Shown here: piece by piece, positions 1 through 9,317 of the stretch
How positions within the stretch are numbered: the stretch's first letter is position 1
How the letters are laid out: the number at the start of each line of letters is the position of its first letter
Origin: a virus
Lineage: Duplodnaviria > Caudoviricetes
DNA length: 64,000 nt
IMG/VR virus record: IMGVR_UViG_3300005714_000005
Span: 41,751 to 105,750 of that record
Direction: 5' to 3' (one strand)
The notes under the pieces: generated by a model
The model's input: the letters and a program-made list of their open reading frames with translations, nothing else
Database searches by the model: none
What the model was told of the DNA's origin: nothing
Program-made: the position numbers and the translations under genes

Positions 1-115
1 ATCTATCTAGTCGAATTATCCATAGTAAACTAGCAAGTAATACAACAATGGGAATTATCTCAATTCCTATTATAGTCCATACGAAAGCTATGCGTAGTAG
101 ACGCTAGGTGATAAA

Positions 116-874
116 ATGGGAAAAGAAAACTATTTGAAATATTATTTGAATCAACCAATAGAAACTTCTGTTGGTAAACCTCTCTATTGTATACTACTCA
201 AAGATTGGGAAAATTATATAAAAATAGCAAGTAAATACTTGACAATTTGCGATTTGTTTCTAAGGAGACGTTTAGAATTGTCAGAGGAAATCAAGCTATT
301 TGATTATATCATATTGGTTGCTATCAATGAGAATGATATTGGAAATTTAGAACAAATGTTTAGTCTAGCTTTCCGAGAACCTGTCAGATGTTTTGCTATG
401 TTTAAACAAGGTAAAATTGACATTGAGCGAACATTCTTTGCAGTAGGAGATTTTGACGAAAAGAAATATGTCATCAATCGTGATAACTACGAAGAAATTA
501 GAGAAATCATGATGGAGCAATCTCTACTACATGACCCTCTAGTTGGTAAGAATGAATTGTCTCAAAAGTTGATTGACAAGGCAATAGAGAAAAAAGCAAG
601 AAGTATGAGTAATGGTAAAAAATCAAGTACGGAAGCTATGTTGGTATTAAACTCAACTGCATTCCCCATTGATTTAGAAACCTATACATTCTATCAACTT
701 CAAGCTCAATATGAAATATTAAATCGCAAGGAAAATGCACTTGCGGTACATATTTATCGTTCACAAGGAGCTAAGATAGACCCTATCATGCTCAATGAGG
801 ATTTATCTATACATGACAATCCTTATTCATTTGAAAAATTATTCAGAGTGGACAATAAACAACTTGGTGGATAA
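116..874 (+). CDS. Hypothetical tail-region protein
   Basis: 252-aa ORF with AGGTGA RBS, immediately upstream of the tail tube gene. Confidence 0.55.
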   Translation: MGKENYLKYYLNQPIETSVGKPLYCILLKDWENYIKIASKYLTICDLFLRRRLELSEEIKLFDYIILVAINENDIGNLEQMFSLAFREPVRCFAMFKQGKIDIERTFFAVGDFDEKKYVINRDNYEEIREIMMEQSLLHDPLVGKNELSQKLIDKAIEKKARSMSNGKKSSTEAMLVLNSTAFPIDLETYTFYQLQAQYEILNRKENALAVHIYRSQGAKIDPIMLNEDLSIHDNPYSFEKLFRVDNKQLGG

Positions 875-940
875 AGTCAAGATGACTTTATATATAGTGT
901 CTATGACACAAATTTAAAAACAAGAAAGGATGATGTTTTA

Positions 941-1687
941 ATGGGTGCTTATTCAGAGTATTTATTAGATGTTGCTAACATCTCAATCATTGACAATGCT
1001 ACACAAATGCAATTAGCAACTGCTACATTAAAAACACACAATATTTCTCAATCAGTTGATACTTCTGACATTCGTGGGGGTCAAGGAAATGAGTTATTAA
1101 CTCGTATCAAATCAAACAAAACTGTAACTATCACTATCGAAGATGTTTGTCACAATCGTGATTTCTTAGCTTTAGCTATGGGTTCTACTGTTGAGAAAGC
1201 TAAAACAAACTTCGTAGGACATACAGTAGCTAAAGAATACACTATCGAAACAGCAAATGAAATCACTTTAAGCCCTGCACCAAAAGCATCAACTGCTACT
1301 ATCAAGTGTTGGGATTCTAAAGGAAAAGCTGTTGACGGAAATTGGGCAACTAACAAATTAACAGTTACAGGCGCTCAAAAAGGCGAAGTATATACTGTCG
1401 GTTCTTATGAGTATGAAGTAAAAACTGGAGACTTTGTTGCAATTTCTTCTAACAAATTCTCAGGAACTTATACATTAGTAATGGAAGAGCCTGTAGTTGA
1501 CTTAGACTTAAATGTAATTGCTTACAAAAAATCAGTATTTCCTCGTGTACAAGCAGATGATTCATTTGAATTATCAGGAAGCTCTGAGCGTTCAGAGAAA
1601 ACTATCTCTTACACATTTACTGCATTAAAAACTAAAGGTTCTAATGAATTAGGATACTTCTACTATGAACCAGTACCAGGTATCTAG
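941..1687 (+). CDS. Probable major tail tube protein
   Basis: 248 aa, beta/Thr-rich, DIRGGQGN motif, strongly biased codon usage, followed by a hairpin, upstream of chaperone and tape measure genes. Confidence 0.65.
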   Translation: MGAYSEYLLDVANISIIDNATQMQLATATLKTHNISQSVDTSDIRGGQGNELLTRIKSNKTVTITIEDVCHNRDFLALAMGSTVEKAKTNFVGHTVAKEYTIETANEITLSPAPKASTATIKCWDSKGKAVDGNWATNKLTVTGAQKGEVYTVGSYEYEVKTGDFVAISSNKFSGTYTLVMEEPVVDLDLNVIAYKKSVFPRVQADDSFELSGSSERSEKTISYTFTALKTKGSNELGYFYYEPVPGI

Positions 1688-1694
1688 TTAGTTT

Positions 1695-1724
1695 GTAGTA
1701 CCCATCTTTTTTGGTGGGTATTAT
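1695..1724 (+). terminator. Hairpin after tail tube gene
   Basis: TAGTACCCATC/GGTGGGTATTA stem, weak U tract. Confidence 0.45.
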
Positions 1725-1766
1725 CAAGCTAATTATTATTTTCTGAAAAATGAAAGGATGATATGA

Positions 1767-2321
1767 ATGAAATTAGCAAAATTAGGATTTAAGAAATTAC
1801 GTTGTGTAGTTTATACACAAGATGGACAAGTAATGGTTTCACATAAAGAAGAACATATGCAACGCATTATTGATACATACGGAGCAGATTGTGTTGAGAT
1901 TTATAATCCAACAGAAAATGTACGCTCTCAAATTTTAGAATTATTAGAAGGTGGGCGTAAAGGATTTGAAAAAGTTGAATTAGGTAATATGGCTTTGTTA
2001 AAATCAATTGCTTTATTAACAAATATCGACTTTGGAGATTTAACAGATGAAGAAGCACAAGCTATTGTTAATAACCCAGGTGACATTCTTGAAGCAGTAA
2101 GTAATGAAGTATCTGCAATTCATATCGCATTATTACGTGGGCAATTCACAATTGCACAGTCATTAGCGACAATGCCTGAAGCTATCAAGAAACCGATGGT
2201 CGAAGAATTAGTAAAAAGCACAATGACTGAGGAAGAAATTCAAAAGCAACAAGAAATTAAAGAATTAGAAAAACAAATGAAACTATTAGAAGAAAAGAAG
2301 AAAGCCTTAAAAGGTGAATAG
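1767..2321 (+). CDS. Probable tail assembly chaperone
   Basis: 184-aa helical protein between tube and tape measure genes (positional call). Confidence 0.45.
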   Translation: MKLAKLGFKKLRCVVYTQDGQVMVSHKEEHMQRIIDTYGADCVEIYNPTENVRSQILELLEGGRKGFEKVELGNMALLKSIALLTNIDFGDLTDEEAQAIVNNPGDILEAVSNEVSAIHIALLRGQFTIAQSLATMPEAIKKPMVEELVKSTMTEEEIQKQQEIKELEKQMKLLEEKKKALKGE

Positions 2322-2323
2322 TT

Positions 2324-2800
2324 ATGAATAATGACCTTAAAGCCTTTAATAAACAAATTGTAAATCAATTCTACAAAGACTTGTATGCAGTATTGAATAG
2401 TAATGAATGTAAAAGATATTTCATTGAATTAATGACTCAATCAATTGAGGAAGAAGTTTATGACCGTTATTCACCTAAACAGTATGAGCGTAGACGTGAA
2501 GATGGCGGTTTGATTGATGAGAAGAATTATACCTACAGTGTGAAATTTGATAAAGATGGCATTACCGTCTACATGAAGAATATCACACGAGGCGTAGGTC
2601 GTGCTTTCATGATTGATGAAGGAATTGTCGAAGGAATAGGCTTTTATGATTGGGAAAAGAGTAACATTTATAAACTTCAACAAAATGGGGGATTCCCTCG
2701 TGACTTCTATACATACATGGAAATTTTAGTAGAAGATGATATTAAGTTTAAAAATATAATTCATAAGCAAATGGGCAAAAAAGGTTGGAAATTAATCTGA
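2324..2800 (+). CDS. Hypothetical structural (neck/tail completion-like) protein
   Basis: 158 aa, VYDRYSPKQYERR...GGL and PRDF motifs typical of siphovirus tail-region proteins. Confidence 0.45.
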   Translation: MNNDLKAFNKQIVNQFYKDLYAVLNSNECKRYFIELMTQSIEEEVYDRYSPKQYERRREDGGLIDEKNYTYSVKFDKDGITVYMKNITRGVGRAFMIDEGIVEGIGFYDWEKSNIYKLQQNGGFPRDFYTYMEILVEDDIKFKNIIHKQMGKKGWKLI

Positions 2801-2868
2801 AGGGGAGAGACACGAAATTAGGACACATTAGGTCTAATTACCATGTGTTTCTCCCCTTTTCTTTTTCG
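2799..2868 (+). terminator. Long hairpin plus U tract directly upstream of the tape measure gene
   Basis: AAGGGGAGAGACAC...GTGTTTCTCCCCTT followed by TTCTTTT. Confidence 0.6.
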
Positions 2869-2891
2869 CTCAAGAAAGGAAGTGAGGACAC

Positions 2892-5800
2892 ATGGCTATT
2901 GGATTTAGCTATACGCTATCACCTGATGAGTCCAAATCAATGGCTGAGTTACAGAAGTTTATTGATAAAGTTTCAAACAAGAAAATAGATATAAAATTAA
3001 ATTTAGGTGATTTAATAGGCAAGGGTGCGGGCATTCAAGTTGGTGATGAAGTAGGTAAGAGCATTGGAGACGGAATTGCCAAAGGTGTTGAACAAAGCAC
3101 AGAAAAAGTTCGCCAAGCAACTGATAGACAAATCAAGCTAGTACAAGACAGATTAAACAATAGTTTAAATAATTTAACACTTCGAGCTGACAGTAAAGGA
3201 TTGCAAGGATTATTGCCCGTTGATGATATTATAGCTCAGATTGATAAGCTAGGTCAATCAGGAGAAAGTCTTAGACAAATAAATTTAACTGCGGCAGAAA
3301 TTCGTGCAGAGTTGCAAATGTGGGGACAAGCCTTAAATAATGATAGCAAAGAATTAGAAGAAGTTGTAGGACTTGCAGGTGAATTAGCCGATAAAGTTGC
3401 CAAACAAAAGGAAACTGCTTTAAACAATCAAGCATTACAACAACAGATAAAACTCAAACAAGCAGATATTGAGAAAGAAGTAGAGCGAATTAGATTAACT
3501 AAGGAATATTTGCAATTATCTGAAAAAGAGAAATTGGCTTTCGATAAAAAAGCAGAAGCTATGCAAATAGAAGCCTATGCAATGGAAGGTGTATCTCAAC
3601 AATTTGAGGAATATACACACCAATTAAAAGAGGAAGAGCAGTTAATGACTGCCAAACGAATTGATGACGTAGCAGATGCTTATGACAAATTGAGTGGCAC
3701 AATCCAAAACTTAGTTGTACGTTATGCTTCATTACAATTGGTACTTCACAAAATGAAAGAATATTTTCAAGAAGCAGTCCAATATGTATATGATATTGAT
3801 GACGCTTATACTGACGTTGCAGTATCAATGGATATTACACGAGAAGAATTTGCTAAGTGGACAGAAGATGCGAAAGAAATAGCCTATGCAAATGGGGTAG
3901 CAACAACTTCTATCATGGACATGGTTAAAATCTACGCTTCTGCGGGTGAGGAAATTGGTGATATTTCAGATAAACTTGCAGGTACTGCCATGATTCAGAA
4001 TATCACTCAATTTGATACTGAAACTACTACCAACATTGTAAACTCAATTATCGCACAGTTCAAGCTATTAGACAAGGAAATTAATGGTACAACAGGAAAT
4101 GTTGCAAATGCAATTGAGTACATGGGTGATAGATTAATTGCAATTTCCAATGAATTATCTATTGACAACATTAAAGGTATTCAAGAGATGGCAAATGCCA
4201 TTGATGACGCAGGTTCGGTAATCAATGCTAGCGGTGGTACTATGGAATGGTACATGGGTGTTACGAGTGCATTAGCCGAAGCGACTAACTCAACGGGAAG
4301 CGAGATCGGGGCAACGATGCGAATGGTAACTGCTCGTACTCTTCGTCAGGGTGAAGCTGTATCAGAACTTGAAGCATCAGGTGAAGATTTAGAATTTGCC
4401 ATGTCTAAAGCCGAGGATGCTTTAAAAGGTATTGGTGTAACAATTCGTGGTGAAACTGCCGACTCATTAAGAGGTATCGAAGAAATTATTGATGACGTAG
4501 CAGATGCTTGGGATACTTTATCGGATTCACAACGTCAAGCAGTATCAGAAGCAATGGCAGGTACTCAACGTTCTTCTATGTTTTTCGCATTAATTGAGAA
4601 CTATGAGAAAGTAAAAGAACTACGCGAGATTGGTCTAAATGCAGAAGATGAATTAGCTAAAGCTAACCAAGTTCGTGTTGAATCGTTAGCAGGTTTGCAA
4701 GGTCAGTTAGAAGTAACAAAACAAGCACTTTATGCAACTCTCCTAAGCCAAGATGATATGATGGGCATCTTAAAAGGTAGCGACTTCTTATTACAAGGAT
4801 TAACAAAAGTTGTTGCATTTATCAAAGATCATGCAGTAGTCATTATTGGCACACTTGTAACTAGCTTTACTGCCTTAGAATTAAAAATGTATTCATTGGG
4901 CAAAGGTGGGGCAATTTTAGCTGCACAAAATAAAATAGCTTCATTCGTAAAAGCTATTGGAACTTTAATGCAACAGTTAGGATTGGCAACAACAGTTCTC
5001 GGTGGTTTTTGGGGAGCTATGGCTATCACAGGTGGCATAGCAGTAGGAATAAGTGCATTTACTGCATTGAATAATAAAATAAAAGAAACAAAAGAAACCA
5101 TTGAGGGAGTAACGGAAGTTACTGAAAACCTAAATGATACATTAGAAAAAGTCGAAATGACAGGTAAGTTGGTAGACCAATATAAAAAAGCTAATGAAGA
5201 ATTAGAAACTATGTTGGTTGGTACAGACGAATATGCCGAGAAGCAAGAAGAAATCATTAGCTTAAAACAACAGTTAATGAAATATTCTCCTGAGTATAAG
5301 TCATTATTGGAAAACGAAACTTTAGAGTTAGAAAAACAATACAACATCATGAAAGGTATGTTGGACTTAGAGTCTAGGGAAGCTATTCAAGAAGCAATCG
5401 ACAATTTACCTAAAGCAAGTACAGGAATCGAAACCAAACGTGCAAGAGGTATTGTAGGTAATCTTGATGACGTTGAACAACTACTGCAAAATTTTGTAAA
5501 AGCAAAAGAAGATTATGAGGCATTGGTAGCAAATCAAGCTAATGTTCCAATTGAGCAAATGAGAGAATATCAAAATCAAATGGAAATAGCAAGAAAGAAT
5601 ATGGAGCAATCTGAAAAAGATTTCCGAGATTCAATGTCGCCATTATCAGATTCTTTATCTTGGGTAGAAAATTATAATGAAGCCATTAAAAAAGGTATAG
5701 AAACATTTGCAGATATTGGTGGTCGTAATCCTATTGAGTTACCTGACGGAACAGTAGAAAAATATCAAGATATTGCAAGTTTATATTATGACATCAAGGG

Positions 5801-8800
5801 AATGGCAGAAGAAACTACAGAAAATGCTAAGGAACAAGCCTCAGTATTAGAAAGTATTAAAAATATGGAAGTGGGTAAAACTTTCAAACTTGACAACCTA
5901 AATTCAGAAGGCTTAAATCAGTTAATTGGCGAACTTGGCAGAGTTAAAAATAGTGGAGAAGAAGCTGAATTAATTCTCAAGAAAATGAAAAGTGCATTTA
6001 GCGATATACCTGAAGATATAGAAACCTTAGCAGATGCTATTGATTATCTAAATGATAAAATCAAAGATACTACTGAAGCGTCAAAATTAAAAGAATTGAA
6101 TGACGATTATATCAAATTGGGAGAGAATATGCAAGAAGCCCAAAAGCTACTAAACTCTCTATTAGACACTCCTTCTATTGATACATTAAGAAGAGCATTT
6201 GATTCAGATTTACTGAATGACTTCAATGGTTCATTTACTGATACTGTTGCGATAGCAGACCATCTTACAAATAAAATTAGAGAGATGGAAGATGCAATGT
6301 ACTCTGCTACTGCAAACATGGCATTGGCAAATAATCAAGCGTGGGATGACATGACATCTAAAATGGCAGAATCGCTAGGTACAAGTGTAAATGACTTTCA
6401 AGATTTTGTCAACAAAGTTAATGGTTTAAGACAAGTTGATTTGAAAAATTGTGAAAATGCAACACAGGCTCAGAATTTAATGGAAGCTCAATTGGCTACG
6501 AATGGTATGAAATACTATGTAGAGATGATTAACTCTAAGGCTAGTAATCGTCAAACAGATATGCAAAATGTTATTGAGTTCTTAAATACACAAGGAGCAA
6601 AAGAAGCTCAAACTGTACAACAACTAGCAGATATGTGGGCAGCATTTTACAAAGCAAAAGCAGACGCCATCAATGCAGAAATTCAAGAGTTCAACAAGAA
6701 AGTTGGAGAGATGAACAAGATGGGGCATAGCCTTGATTCTTGGGAAGGCTTCGAAGACATGATTATGGGTAAAAATGGTGTCTCTAAAACAGCTAAACAT
6801 CAGTATTCAAAACTCCAAGAACAGTTGACTTCTTTAAATAACTTAAACTCAAGTTTCACAAACTATTTCGCAGGAATTAAAGATACATTCAAAGGAATAA
6901 CTGGTGGATTATCACAATCTTTAGCAAGTACCGAAAAATTAACAAACTTTATCAAAAACTACGGTAAAGATTCGAAGAAGAAGAAAGATAGTTCCAAAGA
7001 TAAAAATAAAGATAAAGATAAAAAAGAAATAGCGGATTTAGATTTAAAAATTGATAAATTTAGAGAGTATGAAGAGGCGGTCAACAGAGCTTCTGAGGCT
7101 CTACAAAGAAATCAAGAAGCCCAACGTATGGTAAGTTCTAAATCTGAACTGAAGAAACTCTTAACAGATGAAATCGACCTGATGAAGAAGAAAAAAGAGT
7201 CATTAGGTAAATTACAAGAAGAATACAAAAAAGAGCAAGAGTTCTTAAAAAGTCGTCTTGAAATATCAGGACTTATCTTCAAGGGTGATGAAATAGCAGG
7301 AGATAAGATTACTGGTGGTTCGGTGGCAGACCGTTTAAAAGATGCAGAAAAATGGTCTAATGCTGCTTCAGGTAAAGAAAAAGAGTGGCGTATAAATGAT
7401 ACTGTAAACTTCCAAAAGAACATTGATGCTTACTACGAATTAATGAACCAATTGGGGAAAGTCACTTCTGAATACAATGACATGGTTTTTGAAATTGAGC
7501 AAACGAAGAAAGCTCATGAAGAACTTCTAAAACAGATTGAGAATTTGGTTGATAGATACTATGAACTAGAAGATGCGATTAGTGATACAGGTCGTGCATT
7601 AGATAGATTCAGACGTAAAAAAGATGACTTGACTACAGTTGAGGAAGCCATTGCATATCATAAGGAAGAAAACAAACTAATCCAAGATAAAATCAATGCC
7701 TACGAAAAACTTTTAGCAGAGCAAAATAAAGCTAAGGAAGAAAGTAGAAAAGAGTTAGCTTCAAAAGGATTCAAGTTTGATGAATTTGGCAATGTTATCA
7801 ATTATAAAGACAGAATTAAAGAACTACAAGACTATGCAAATACATTAGCAGGCAATGCTCAAAAAGCTCAGATTGAACACATTGAGTCATTGAATGAGAT
7901 GATTAACAAGTATACTGACTTAACCAATAGTGCAATTCCTAAAACTGAAGATGCTATTCTTGACTTAAAAGATGAAATTAAAGATGCTAATAAAGAATTT
8001 GAGGAAATGATTAAAACAGTTGAGAAACTTGGTGAGAAATACTATGGCTTAACTGTATTGCTAAATAAAATTGACTCTGCTTTAGCATTGAATAAAACTT
8101 TACAAGAGAGTGCAACTGGTGAAAGACGAGTTGAGCTATTGAATGAAGAAATCAAGTTAATCAGAGAGAAACAAAGTTTACTAATGCAACAAAAAGAAGC
8201 ATACGAACAAACTGCTAGTTCTCTCAAAGGTCAATTAGTGGAATATGGTGTTGCTTTCAAAGAAGATAGAACTATTAGCAACTACGAGTGGTTGGCAGAA
8301 ATGTATGAGAAACGTGCTAATGCCTTAGTTGGTGAAGCAAGAGATAAAGTATTGAAAGAATACGAAAAACTTGTTGAATTGATGAAAGAGTATGACGAAG
8401 TGACTTTAGATAGCTTACCTCATCTTACTCAAGAATGGGAGAAATATTCAAACACTATCAAAGACATTGAAAAAAGTAAACTTGAGTCAATCACCAATGT
8501 TGAGAAAAAGATAACAAGTGCTTTAGAAAGTGAATTGACTAAACGATACAATCGTATCAAAGAGTCTATTCAAAAACAAAAAGACTTGTACAATAAACAG
8601 TATCAACAAGAAGATTGGGATAAGAAGTTATCTGCTGAACAACGTAAGCTAGACGAAATCAAGCAACAAATGGTGGAGTTATCAAGAGATACATCTGCCT
8701 CAGGTCAAGCCAAACTTGAGCAACTGAAACAAGAATATCAACAACAGTTAGATGCTATCAATGACATGATTAGAGAAAATGAGAAAGAGTTAGGTAATCA

Positions 8801-9269
8801 ACGTTTTGATGAAGAAATCAATAAGATTGAAGAAGAACTCAAAGACGCTATTTCTCCTGAGAATCTTGCCAACATGGTAAATCAAGCATTAGTATCAGGA
8901 TTTGCAACTGTTGGAGACGAGGTTGTAGAATTAAATGCTCTCATGACTGATTGGTTAAACAAAACAGGTGATGGTTTATATTCTATTGGTGACTACTTGA
9001 AAAATGAATTGATTGCTAGTTTACAAGAGGCTAAGATTTTAATGCAAGATGTAGGAATAACTGGCGATATTGCAAGTCGTTCAATGAGAACTATCGTAGA
9101 CGCAGACGTTAATCCTAGAGGTAGAAATACAGGAGTAGTCTTTAATGCACCTTTCCTAGAAATTCAAGGAAATATTACAGAAGAAGTATTCCCACGAGTT
9201 CAATCTATGATTCAAACTGCTAAAAATGAAATCATTACCGATATTGAAAGAGTTATTAATCAAAATTAA
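2892..9269 (+). CDS. Tail tape measure protein
   Basis: 2125 aa, coiled coil, TP901/PhageMin_Tail-type core (GSEIGATMRMV...DAWDTLSDSQRQAVSEAMAG), hydrophobic segment at about aa 650-730. Confidence 0.93.
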   Translation: MAIGFSYTLSPDESKSMAELQKFIDKVSNKKIDIKLNLGDLIGKGAGIQVGDEVGKSIGDGIAKGVEQSTEKVRQATDRQIKLVQDRLNNSLNNLTLRADSKGLQGLLPVDDIIAQIDKLGQSGESLRQINLTAAEIRAELQMWGQALNNDSKELEEVVGLAGELADKVAKQKETALNNQALQQQIKLKQADIEKEVERIRLTKEYLQLSEKEKLAFDKKAEAMQIEAYAMEGVSQQFEEYTHQLKEEEQLMTAKRIDDVADAYDKLSGTIQNLVVRYASLQLVLHKMKEYFQEAVQYVYDIDDAYTDVAVSMDITREEFAKWTEDAKEIAYANGVATTSIMDMVKIYASAGEEIGDISDKLAGTAMIQNITQFDTETTTNIVNSIIAQFKLLDKEINGTTGNVANAIEYMGDRLIAISNELSIDNIKGIQEMANAIDDAGSVINASGGTMEWYMGVTSALAEATNSTGSEIGATMRMVTARTLRQGEAVSELEASGEDLEFAMSKAEDALKGIGVTIRGETADSLRGIEEIIDDVADAWDTLSDSQRQAVSEAMAGTQRSSMFFALIENYEKVKELREIGLNAEDELAKANQVRVESLAGLQGQLEVTKQALYATLLSQDDMMGILKGSDFLLQGLTKVVAFIKDHAVVIIGTLVTSFTALELKMYSLGKGGAILAAQNKIASFVKAIGTLMQQLGLATTVLGGFWGAMAITGGIAVGISAFTALNNKIKETKETIEGVTEVTENLNDTLEKVEMTGKLVDQYKKANEELETMLVGTDEYAEKQEEIISLKQQLMKYSPEYKSLLENETLELEKQYNIMKGMLDLESREAIQEAIDNLPKASTGIETKRARGIVGNLDDVEQLLQNFVKAKEDYEALVANQANVPIEQMREYQNQMEIARKNMEQSEKDFRDSMSPLSDSLSWVENYNEAIKKGIETFADIGGRNPIELPDGTVEKYQDIASLYYDIKGMAEETTENAKEQASVLESIKNMEVGKTFKLDNLNSEGLNQLIGELGRVKNSGEEAELILKKMKSAFSDIPEDIETLADAIDYLNDKIKDTTEASKLKELNDDYIKLGENMQEAQKLLNSLLDTPSIDTLRRAFDSDLLNDFNGSFTDTVAIADHLTNKIREMEDAMYSATANMALANNQAWDDMTSKMAESLGTSVNDFQDFVNKVNGLRQVDLKNCENATQAQNLMEAQLATNGMKYYVEMINSKASNRQTDMQNVIEFLNTQGAKEAQTVQQLADMWAAFYKAKADAINAEIQEFNKKVGEMNKMGHSLDSWEGFEDMIMGKNGVSKTAKHQYSKLQEQLTSLNNLNSSFTNYFAGIKDTFKGITGGLSQSLASTEKLTNFIKNYGKDSKKKKDSSKDKNKDKDKKEIADLDLKIDKFREYEEAVNRASEALQRNQEAQRMVSSKSELKKLLTDEIDLMKKKKESLGKLQEEYKKEQEFLKSRLEISGLIFKGDEIAGDKITGGSVADRLKDAEKWSNAASGKEKEWRINDTVNFQKNIDAYYELMNQLGKVTSEYNDMVFEIEQTKKAHEELLKQIENLVDRYYELEDAISDTGRALDRFRRKKDDLTTVEEAIAYHKEENKLIQDKINAYEKLLAEQNKAKEESRKELASKGFKFDEFGNVINYKDRIKELQDYANTLAGNAQKAQIEHIESLNEMINKYTDLTNSAIPKTEDAILDLKDEIKDANKEFEEMIKTVEKLGEKYYGLTVLLNKIDSALALNKTLQESATGERRVELLNEEIKLIREKQSLLMQQKEAYEQTASSLKGQLVEYGVAFKEDRTISNYEWLAEMYEKRANALVGEARDKVLKEYEKLVELMKEYDEVTLDSLPHLTQEWEKYSNTIKDIEKSKLESITNVEKKITSALESELTKRYNRIKESIQKQKDLYNKQYQQEDWDKKLSAEQRKLDEIKQQMVELSRDTSASGQAKLEQLKQEYQQQLDAINDMIRENEKELGNQRFDEEINKIEEELKDAISPENLANMVNQALVSGFATVGDEVVELNALMTDWLNKTGDGLYSIGDYLKNELIASLQEAKILMQDVGITGDIASRSMRTIVDADVNPRGRNTGVVFNAPFLEIQGNITEEVFPRVQSMIQTAKNEIITDIERVINQN
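7041..8480 (+). repeat. Three ~160-aa internal repeats in the tape measure protein
   Basis: IDKFREYEEAVNRASEAL / VDRYYELEDAISDTGRAL / GEKYYGLTVLLNKIDSAL, each followed by a G(L/F/V)xF segment; starts near 7041, 7542 and 8025. Confidence 0.65.
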
Positions 9270-9294
9270 GAGAGGGTAACACCTCTCTTTTTAT
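9268..9294 (+). terminator. Intrinsic terminator after tape measure gene
   Basis: AAGAGAGG-GTAACA-CCTCTCTT followed by TTT. Confidence 0.7.
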
Positions 9295-9317
9295 TATTAC
9301 AAGAAAGGGGGTAGGAA

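Noticed and set aside
1767-2800. Programmed -1 frameshift in the tail assembly chaperone
   Set aside because: No convincing X XXY YYZ slippery site near the 3' end; the next ORF has its own RBS-like sequence and start
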